Below are positions 11,232 through 20,000 of a stretch of 20,000 nt of DNA, one piece after another (positions within the stretch are counted from its first letter, which is position 1; the number at the start of each line of letters is the position of its first letter). The DNA comes from Seison nebaliae. Taxonomy: Eukaryota. Below the pieces are notes generated by a model. The model did not search any database. It saw nothing but the letters and a program-made list of their open reading frames with translations, and was not told where the DNA came from. Both the position numbers and the translations under genes were made by a program. The stretch covers positions 52,615-72,614 of the forward strand of contig JALJEE010003232.1 in NCBI GenBank assembly GCA_023231475.1. The letters run 5' to 3'.

Positions 11232-11384
11232 TGTTATTATTATTATTATTTATTGATTAAAATTCCCGTCGGGATAAAGTTGATATATCAGTTGATATTT
11301 TATTTCCTTAGCACAATATATAGCGGAGCGAAGGAGCAAAGGAAGAGGATATGTGCCGCGACTTGAAGATCGGTAGGTGAATTG
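11232..11384 (-). mobile_element. Putative 3' end of a non-LTR retrotransposon with (TAA)n tail, inverted relative to the adjacent RT fragment
   Basis: Minus strand reads a C/T-rich frame ending ...QLYPDGNFNQ* and runs straight into AATAAATAATAATAATAATAAC. Strand composition matches the sense strand of the neighbouring RT piece. Confidence 0.45.
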
Positions 11385-11835
11385 ATCTCTCCTGATTATT
11401 TGGTTTGGCTATCCAAACGTCGTCCTCTGCAAACTCAACGAAGGTAATATAATCGCCATTGGTGGTTTCTTTTTTCCGCATGTTATGGCATACGCTGACG
11501 ATTTCGTGATCATACATCGTTCCCTTCGTGATTCGAAGAAATCCTATCTACCTACATCTCGCCTTCTTGCTGAAAGTGCGATTGCTATTAACGAATCGAA
11601 ATGTTGGTTGATCTCAACTGGTAATCGCTCGTTGTCTAACATTCCTCTCGCTTCTACTACTATCATCCTTGGCTCGCAGATCGCTTGGAATATCCTACCA
11701 CTTCAAATTCTTCTATGTCGTCGTATTTTTTCACTCTGATAAATTTAACAATTCCAACTCACTCTCTAGTCAGCCCTCCGTTATCCATCCTTTTCACACC
11801 CATTCCGTTTTCACATACACTGTCAGATACTTTGA
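11385..11835 (+). mobile_element. Degenerate non-LTR (LINE) reverse-transcriptase fragment
   Basis: ...GGFFFPHVMAYADDFVIIHRS (catalytic YADD) followed by AIAINESKCWLI (GLxINxxKT-like) and TIILG (KYLG-like). A frameshifted SP-LF motif lies upstream and stops occur downstream. Confidence 0.8.
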
Positions 11836-12128
11836 GTTATCTCGAAAGATTTCTCTAACTGATTATAAAGATTGTAGGAAAATTCCTGGTCGTTTTAAAA
11901 TACATTCATTTTTTCACAAAAATGGTTTTTTCTATAAGAAATAGTTAACGTATAAGATTGGTTTTACTATGTTTAGAAAGAGCTTCAAATTCTCTGCAAG
12001 ATAGTGGTTTTAACTTTAACAATATTCTAAAAATATTTAAAAAATTTGATTTTTCTAACGTAAGTATGATTTATCAATTTTAAGAATAATTTGAATTGAT
12101 AGCTGAATTAATGGTACTTATATTGTGG

Positions 12129-12214
12129 TATATAATATATATACTATATATATATATTTGAGTATATTGTGTATATACTATATACATATTATATGTGATG
12201 TATATATAATATAT
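12129..12214. repeat. Degenerate (TA)n low-complexity tract
   Basis: tatataatatatatactatatatatatat...gtatatataatatat. Confidence 0.8.
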
Positions 12215-12428
12215 CATTGTGGTGCTTTTTTAAAAAAAAATCAAGTAAATCCCTTAATTTTGAAAATTTGGACACAACCTCTTACCTACATTTTCTTTAT
12301 TTCTTTGAAAAACGGACATACATGACAAAGAGAAAAAGGGAAAAATGTATAGATTAAATTATATCGATCATAGTGACTATTTTTGGTAAAAGTTTCATAG
12401 TGTGTCTTTTGATCATGGTGTGTCACTT

Positions 12429-13595
12429 TTACCGGAGATTCAGTAATTTAGTGAGAGATTCAGCGGATAATCTATTCCTCGTTTTCGATTTTGTATATTT
12501 TACGATCGAAAAAATAGATTCACATGAATAAGTGGTAGAAAAAATCGTTAATTCATTAATAATCTGTTCAATTATTTTGGGAAATTCTTCCCTATGGATT
12601 AGCTTCCAAGATTCTAAAAGCCAATTAAAATTTTCAGTATTAATCGTCATTAAATTGTAACGCTATTTATAATAATCGTTCGCACGAAATCTTTGAATTT
12701 CACATAGAATTAATGGATCGACGTTTTCAAGCATAACAATATTTTTTTCAAAAGGATTTTAATATTCATTTCTTCCTCAATATTTGGAAAGTATTTACCC
12801 AAGTTGTTTAATAAATTATCGAAAACAATAATGTAGTTCGGGAAAACAGATTTTAAGTTAAAAATTTCTCTATTTAATTGTCCAATATCGTACTCCAATT
12901 TAGCAAGGATTTTGCATTTACCTTGCCATTTTTTGCAACACAAATAATAAATTTTTAATATTTGATATAATATTTGAATTTCTTACCTAAAATTCTGAGT
13001 CAGTTGAACAGGAACCGACAAATTTTCAATTACTAAAAGCTCTTTAATTGAATCAAATAGTTCTAGGAATCGTTCGGTTGCACTAAACGCAGATAACCAT
13101 CTCACGAGTGTAAACGTTAACAAATCATTGTGTTCGTTAACATTATTAAATTGCGTACATCGTCGATGAGTGAGAGGACTTTTATTTTTTATTTTTTTAT
13201 TATGCTCCAGACATCGTTCATACTTTTTTCAATATAGGCTGATTTCACCGATAAATTGAGACGGTGCAGATAACAATGAATGTAAGGAATATCATTGTTT
13301 AACAAATTCGCATTTTTCAATATTGCCACACAACCATTAACTCGTCCAATCATCGACGGAGCACCATCTGTGGTAATAGCCATGATTTTATCAGAACTTA
13401 TTGAATAAAGATCGATACATTCTTTGAGTTTATTTGCGATATCAACTCCACAAGTTATATCATTGAACGTTGCTGCTAAAAGCAATTGTCTGTCGAAAAA
13501 GTCGATGAAAAGAGCTCGAAAATAAAGAATTAACTCAATAATTTCAAAATTCGACACATATCGACAAAAAACTAATAATAATGGTTTATCGTATA
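12429..13595 (-). mobile_element. Decayed hAT-superfamily transposase (Buster/Charlie/SPIN, GTF2IRD2/ZBED5-like) pseudogene
   Basis: Ordered motifs: DKPLLLVFCRYV, ITTDGAPSMIG, IHCYLH (CxxH), LVRWLS, ERFLEL and dimerisation domain FSTTYSCESIFS..KSKTRNRLS. Broken by a frameshift (near 13190) and stops. Probable 45-nt intron at 13490-13534. Confidence 0.9.
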
Positions 13596-13603
13596 TTATA
13601 GAC

Positions 13604-13707
13604 CATGGATGTCAAGTTGGGAGGAACGAAGAGACAAATCATGTCATTCTGTAGTTTTTACATTAGAAGATCTCTATAACGCAGAGGAAGCCGAAAACTA
13701 CTCCATG
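13604..13707. mobile_element. 104-bp non-autonomous hAT-type element (MITE) with 8-bp TSD
   Basis: Ends are CATGGA(T)GT... and ...ACTCCATG (short imperfect TIR), flanked by an exact direct repeat TTATAGAC at 13596-13603 and 13708-13715. Confidence 0.65.
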
Positions 13708-14216
13708 TTATAGACTCTATATATTAAGGTATTAAGTTTTAGGTATTAGGCAGTCTCCGAATTGTCTCTCGTTCATATTAAATATCCTTTAAAAAATGGC
13801 CGAGAACAATCTGAGAATATGACATTTTTGTGTTCAACAGTTTGGGATTTCTTGCCAACTCATTTGTTTATGTTAGTTACATTTAGATAACGGAAAACGA
13901 AAGTTATATTATAAATTTAAAAAAAATGGAGCATATTAAAGGATAATAGTAATAGGACTTTTGAGTATTTGGATTAAAATGGGAATTAATTACAATTTTA
14001 TTTGTTTCATTTTCTTGTGTTTCATTGGGAAATGTAAAGTAAAAAAAGTGTTATAATTCTCTTGTAATAACTCTTAATTAATATTATTTAACCGTTATAT
14101 TTATGATATTATTTACTTTCTCAAAATCGACCTGGATTTTTTTCAAAAATTGAGGAGACGGAACGCTCATTGGATATAGCATAGTATTGAATGTGTGTTA
14201 TAGATAACCGGGAAGC

Positions 14217-14284
14217 TTGTAACCCTGTATAACAATTTTGTAGAGGAGAGTTCTAGAGGGTTCTTTTTTTATATAGGGTTACGA
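14217..14284. repeat. 16-bp imperfect inverted repeat
   Basis: TTGTAACCCTGTATAA (14217-14232) / TTATATAGGGTTACGA (14269-14284); pairs fully if two G-U pairs are allowed. Confidence 0.7.
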
Positions 14285-14502
14285 TCTGACCCCCAATCTT
14301 GTTATAATATAAAGTGTGAACGAAATTAGAAACATGAGTAGTAACAAAAATATGAGTGAGTAAATTGCATAGAATAATAGGTAAGAAAATAAATTGCAAC
14401 GAGCACAATGCTGAAGAGCTAGAAACGATGTGAACATGAGTCAAATTGCTGAAATGATCAATGTTGTCAAAAAATCGAGAGAAGTGCTAATTGAATTCTT
14501 AG

Positions 14503-15358
14503 ATAGATGAAAGGAATGTTCAAAATACTATTTTGCATAATGCAAGAAGTTGCGTAAAAGAGAGCGTTGAAAAGAAAAGAATTAAAATTTTTCCAATTTT
14601 ACATAGTGACAAAGTTAAACTCGTTATAGACGATGTAAAAGTTGAAGAGGCGAAAGCTAAATTTGATCATTGCGAAATTTATCTTGAATATGAAGTTCAT
14701 TTTATTGGTCACCGACCTTTTGACGCGTCGGAGGTTTTTCAAAATTTTGATGTCCGGAAAGGTAATTACATGGATTTAACTACTTCAATTACTCTCGTTA
14801 AGCAGAAACGAAGTTTAAGCCAGTTAAGGAATTGCTCACAACTGATTGTCGCAAAATATTTTGTACATATTGAAACACAATGGAGAACGGCATATAAGTG
14901 GTCGCCATATGTAAAAGCAGTAAGTTAGATGAGATTAGTAAATAATCACTTAAATCAAAAAATTCGTTTTACATCAGTATTAAAAAAAGGAATATGCACC
15001 AATTACCGAATATTGACGGATGAAGAAAGAGAAAAAATGAAAACATCCTTCAGAATCCGAATCATAACTTTCAGTGGCTCAGGCTTAGGAATTTTATTCT
15101 GTCTTATCGGTTGTTGTTGTTGCGGTTACTGTGATGTTCGAAGTTTGTAGAAAACTATTACAAAATTAATATTTTTTTTCTTTTGAAGATAAATTAACAT
15201 ATGAATCAAGATTAGATCCCAATCAACCAATTGTCCAAGATACGTTGAAGGCGTTGCAGGTTCATAGGAAGATGGCATATACGGAAACTCAGGAAGAAGA
15301 TAAATGGATGAAGAAGTTAAAAGAGAAAGGTAAAACGATTGATCGTATAGCACGATAA
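14503..15358 (+). CDS. Orphan single-pass membrane protein; exons 14503-14923, 14978-15142, 15189-15358; possible signal-peptide exon from 13979
   Basis: Introns 14924-14977 (GTTAGA..CAG) and 15143-15188 (GTTTGT..AAG) keep frame into a TM helix IITFSGSGLGILFCLIG, a Cys cluster CCCCGYC and a charged tail ...KGKTIDRIAR*. Upstream MGINYNFICFIFLCFIGK looks like a signal peptide, but its junction is ambiguous. Confidence 0.6.
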
Positions 15359-15642
15359 TAGAATAGGAATTTCACGAATTTGATTATTTTTATTCCTCTT
15401 GATAATTAAGAAGGTAATTATTGGAACAAGATTACGAATTAACGAATTAAACCTAAAAATTTAATTTCACTTTTATACTTATAATGATATATTAAACATA
15501 GAAAGCAACTTAAACCACGTTAATTAACGTAACCATTATAACTTTGGTTACCAAAAAGATTTAGCGAGAATGTCAGTGAATCCAAGATCGGATGTTCATG
15601 TATACTTTGACGATACTCGTAATAAAAACATTAAACGAAATT

Positions 15643-15736
15643 ATGAATGGGTATATGATGGCATATGTGATTTTTGTATACAAAACTGATTCAAAATTTA
15701 TACAAAAATCACATATGCCATCACATACCCATTCAT
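15643..15736. repeat. 38-bp inverted repeat (hairpin) with 18-nt loop
   Basis: ATGAATGGGTATATGATGGCATATGTGATTTTTGTATA (15643-15680) and its reverse complement at 15699-15736, with a single mismatch (15655/15724). Confidence 0.93.
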
Positions 15737-15887
15737 TTGTAACATATGAGTTTTCCTCCAATATAGACACTAATAGAAAAAATGGCAGAAAATAAAAATG
15801 CTATCTTAATAAGCATTATTTTTTACATCTCCTATTTATTTTTAATTTAATTTTCGTTTCCTGCATATCGGATACTTCCCTTGTCAG

Positions 15888-15959
15888 AAAGATCATTTAT
15901 ATATTTCCGATGTTTTACACAAAGCAGTTATTGATGTGAATGAAGAAGCCACCGAAGCT
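15888..15959 (+). pseudogene. Isolated serpin fragment (strand 5A / hinge region)
   Basis: KDHLYISDVLHKAVIDVNEEATEA matches the serpin consensus L(Y)VSxVxHKAxIEVNEEGTEA. Flanking sequence shows no further serpin similarity and the frame stops at ~16030. Confidence 0.65.
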
Positions 15960-16951
15960 TTTGGAAGAAAAGAGAAAGATCGGAAATACGTTCCGTTTAC
16001 CATTCCGTTTGAATGTTCGTCTGTCGAATGATGAAATTTAAAGTTGTGATGACGACGGTTGTCGATCGCTGCAGAATTGTCGATCGTTTTTTTCATAGTA
16101 ACGGTACGCGAATTGTTAGTCATATGGTTAACAAATATAAGGAAATAAGGGTGCGATCTGACAATGAAGATATTAAAGAGTCTTCAATTATTACCACCCA
16201 AACACAAACACTTTACTATCAAAGAGTCGTAAGAACTGTCTCTTTGAGAAGTGAAAGTGAGAGATTTTTTTCTGCACCGTGCTTATTCTATGAACTGCAA
16301 ACGAGTAGGAAAAAGAAATTACATAAGATTATCGGCCGACAAATGAATTTTTATGCAGCAGTCTAAATGTATAACTAAATATTGGATCTTGGAACATTAA
16401 ACTTGGAACATTGGAAATATCAATGAATCAAATTATTTTAGTAAAAAGAAAAAATTACCTTCATATACATTCTTGGTCTATTTTTGTCATGGTTGAAAAT
16501 TTTTTCGGATTATTCGAAATCATATCGTTATAAAAAAAATAACATTTCCCGACTATCGGGAAGAAAATTTTTTTTCGAATTTAGTGAAGTTTAGTCTTGG
16601 GTCCGATAAAAAAATTCTTTCACAGATTGTCAGATAAGCCCAGATGTCATCCATTCTATGAATACGAAATGGTCGGAACCTAAAGCTGGTAGCCCGGTTG
16701 TTACATTGTCCTATCAAAGATCAATCGTCTGATCTCTTGAACTGTCTCCAATTCGGTGTTATAGGAGCGATACATATATAGAGAAATATTTTTCAGCGAA
16801 TCAAACAATCGAACTAACAGTCGTGATACTAACAAGTGGCTTTAATTGTTAAGTTGTAAATGTAACTTGCAATAGAACGAATAGAACAATATTTATTGTG
16901 CAATTAATGAAGCGATCGAGCATTTATCTTACAAGGTATATGTTGTTACCT

Positions 16952-19117
16952 TCAACCTATCTTGTTAGGTTGAGGTGTGATTAATTCCTGTGGTTGGGAA
17001 CTTGTTGCTGCTTGGGTGGTTTTATCGCCGTTTTTGCTAACCTCATAATAAACATAATAGATAATGTAAGTATAAGAACTATTAGCACCCCTGTTCTTAA
17101 GCTTAAGAGTTTTTAAAATAGGATCGTACCATCGGATAGGATTGGATTTTTTTATGATTTTTGGATTTGTTCTCACTCGTTTTCTGAAAATGATGAATAT
17201 AAAGTGCTAATTATTTAACTACAAACTAACACAACTTTTGACTTCTTTTTCTCAGTTTTAACCGTCGGAATGTTTTTTATAGTAAAGTATCGAAAAATGC
17301 CAATACATGACAGAAGCAATAATAAAAGTATTATTATACCAGAAACTATTTTGACAACAAATAAAAGCCTTCTACGTGCAAAAGGGTTTTTTGTTATTAT
17401 TTCTAAAAGAAAAGATAGATAAATAGTTCCGTCTAGCTAACTTTGTTCCAGATTAGATATGTCGATACTTTTATCAAATCCTTCAAATTCAGTTGGTTCC
17501 TCCAACATTTCTTTATATTCTTCTTCATCTACCTACATAAACATTGAAAATTATTTACCTAAATAAAAGTCTTACTTCAGCGGTGATATTTAATTCCGCT
17601 TGACATATAAGTCTAGTGTCAACCAGTGCACTATGAATAAAGTTTACTCCTTCTATATTCCATTCGATACTTTCACTGTCTTCATAATTCTGAGAAAAAC
17701 ATTCGAAATTTTTAAATAAGATAAAAAACTGAACATTAAATTTTTCTTTCATTTTTTCTTCACACATTTTTATTTTTTCACTGAAAGTTGTGGTAGAAGA
17801 TTTCATGACCACTTGTTCTTCGTCAGTGATATCTGAACTACTGGCAGTCAAATTCAATATTTTCTTAACTTTTAGAAATTCCTTCGGTTTTTCCTTCACT
17901 AACATGTAAGTATATTGTATGTTTGAAAGTAGTTTTGAAAAATTTTTAATATTGTATTCATAACCAAATAAATGGTGTAACTTTTTTTTTCCCTTTCGTT
18001 CTTCTTTATCATTCTTTCTTCCTTTCCTTTTACATGTTCTTCCATCTGTTTCGTCATTTTCTCTATTAAAATTTCCTTCTCTTTTGTGTGAACTAAACAT
18101 ATTTTTACAGGGTTAGAAATAGTTATTGTATATGGTAGATATTTTTATGTACAATATTATATTAAAAGAATAGGTAATAAAAAAAGTTTCCGTTGATGAA
18201 AATGCGGGTTACTTTGCAGAAACTTCGTCGGTCAGGAGTGTATACATTTTTTCCTCCTTCATTTGACATTGTTGTGACGGACATTCTAATTCTATCTTAT
18301 ATATAATTTCTATAATAATAACAGTGTAATTCATGTTAACGAAAGTAGTACAGTAGTAATAACGCTCAAAAAGTACGTTTCGACTTTCTGTTGGTTCTGT
18401 GATTCATTTGTAATCAAACACTCACTCTTGTCAGTTTGTCCATACAATATTTAAATTTCTTTAATTATTAACCTAGGTCATCGAATTTTTTGATAATACT
18501 ATTTGGTAGCAATATTTTTTCTTTCGAACATTGATAAAATGGAGGTATTAAATTATTTTCAAGTAATTCATCATAAGCAGTTCTAGCTTCTAATGTTTTC
18601 AAACTACGAGAATGTATTTGAGATTTAATTGGTATCTATAAAAAACTGTTAATTTTAATAATTAACAATTATAACCGTGCAGATTCCATCTACTTTATTT
18701 CTATATAAATTTACATTAAGGGTTTCATTTTAAAATTACTAATCTTTCCTAATTGAACAGTAACCTATAGACAAGTTGAAATCCTTCATTGTAGTAAACA
18801 ATGTTTTTCTTCGTATCCATTGTGGTATAAACTGACGTACCACGTAAACTTTTGTCGGTAAGTTTTAGTATACGGAATATAGTTTTTTCTTTGATTAAAA
18901 AGAATGTTTCATTTAATAACTTACTCTGTTTAAGATAACTATCACAATGGAAGAGCGGTTGATGAATTTCTCCACATAATTTGTTCAGTTGCTTTTTACC
19001 GTATCTGCACAATCTATTTGCTCTTGATTCAGTCAATGGAGTTAGCATAGCATTAGTATCAGCCATGTTCTTGTTAAAGCATATTATAATAATACTCAAA
19101 CCCAAGAGACATAGCAT
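16952..19117 (-). CDS. Orphan type I membrane protein (~520 aa, about 11 exons): 19117-18765, 18700-18676, 18635-18473, 18396-18341, 18295-18213, 18092-17965, 17898-17735, 17689-17576, 17532-17442, 17402-17231, 17183-16952
   Basis: Signal peptide MLCLLGLSIIIICFNK, Cys-containing ectodomain, TM LLFVVKIVSGIIILLLLLSCIGIF and basic tail. All ten GT-AG junctions are phase-consistent (sum 1581 nt). Three stop-free 3n introns and the last exon (possible extra 43-nt intron, stop at 16981) are uncertain. Confidence 0.65.
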
Positions 19118-19361
19118 CTATTGCGACAACTTGTTCATAAGTGTACTATAGAATACAAATTTCGAAAAAAACTAATTTAAACAACTAAAATAGGTAATTT
19201 CATATCATCGGAATTTAATTTCGAAAATGAAATTAATTTTTTCTCTTTAACTATTTATTTGCTATATTTGTGCAATGAAAAGATGATGGAAATTTATCTG
19301 AGAGAAACAGATAGAAAATATCTTATAAGAAATTTTGCTTTTAACTATTTCTTCGACATTA

Positions 19362-20000
19362 TTTTTTTTTTTTTTTTATTGTAAATGTAAATCCGTATAG
19401 AGTAAATTATAAATAAAAATTAAGAATTCACGACCTTGGTTGGGTTAAGATAAAGTCGTTGGATATTAGTTCACGGCATCTAGGTATTTGATTTTAGAGA
19501 TTATCAGGGACCAAGTAATCGACGGAGAATTGATCTATCAATTCTCATGCATTGAACAGCCGAGTAGGCTTTGGAAGAGTGTAATACGAACAGAAAAATG
19601 ATAAAGGAGACGTAACTGGTAACAATTCGTTAAAAGAAGGCGACGGAAATTCTGAAGTATCCATCTTCTCTAGTAAAGAAATATACCGCTTAGCCAACAT
19701 AATCGGAAATGGAGGAAGATCGACGATAAAGAACATAAATGCTCTAGAGAAGGAGCGTTTGCAACTTAACAGACTTCGAATGCATCGATTATATGCTCGA
19801 TCCAAAGCGTACATAGATTTCATTGAAAACGATATAACTGCCTGTAATCCGTAGAGATCACAGCAGAAAGTATGAAACAACTTCATTTTTAGAGAAATTG
19901 GAAAGTATTTACACCGATGATTTATAGAATGAAAAGCTCTAATGAACTTGCATCTAATATGATCGACAGTTGCAGAACTCTTTTTCTTACAGTCTAAATA
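19362..20000 (-). mobile_element. 3' end of a non-LTR retrotransposon (post-RT region, 3' UTR, poly(A) tail); continues beyond the window
   Basis: Frame open from 20000 to 19545: ...DHIRCKFIRAFHSINHRCKYFPISLKMKLFHTFCCDLYG...LDRAYNRCIRSLL..., resembling the thumb/C-terminal region of LINE ORF2. Followed by degenerate sequence and AAT-A16 (T16 at 19362-19377 on +). Confidence 0.7.

Noticed and set aside
12220..14150. Possible terminal inverted repeats of the hAT element (12227-12245 versus 14131-14149)
   Set aside because: Similarity is limited to A/T homopolymer runs; no TSD.
15517..15551. 14-bp palindrome ACGTTAATTAACGT and adjacent GTAACCA/TGGTTAC repeat
   Set aside because: Short and AT-rich, with no supporting context.
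15573..15795. ORFs across the hairpin with an LDLa-like WVCDG motif
   Set aside because: Cys spacing and the DxSDE motif are absent; the ORFs on both strands are by-products of the inverted repeat.
17437..17439. TAG as the end of the 17-19 kb gene
   Set aside because: It lies inside a 39-nt GTTAGC...TTTAG intron (17403-17441) whose removal continues the frame into the TM exon.
18441..18472. Possible non-canonical GT-TG intron
   Set aside because: A canonical CAG acceptor at 18397 gives a longer phase-consistent model.

Overview
AT-rich, compact eukaryotic (metazoan, probably spiralian/invertebrate; inference only) genomic DNA with very short spliceosomal introns, mostly 39-76 nt. The left half (1-11 kb) holds conserved genes: an intronless PIWI-clade Argonaute (-), a small 4-exon coiled-coil orphan (+), a 6-exon nicotinic acetylcholine receptor alpha subunit (-) and an intronless GABARAP/Atg8 (-). 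The right half (11.2-20 kb) is transposon debris (two non-LTR retrotransposon pieces, a decayed hAT transposase carrying a 104-bp MITE), two multi-exon orphan membrane-protein genes, a serpin fragment and several hairpins. The strongest signal: 18 of 20 introns reconstructed by hand in four genes, including 5/5 homology-anchored nAChR introns, begin GTT instead of GTR(AG), which suggests a rewired 5' splice-site code. Other oddities are convergent genes whose stop codons share one TTAA, an nAChR with a long N-terminal extension ending near an RSKR furin-type motif, a PIWI without N-terminal RG motifs, a LINE with twin-priming-like inversion geometry and a 38-bp hairpin. All gene models were built manually and have no transcript support.
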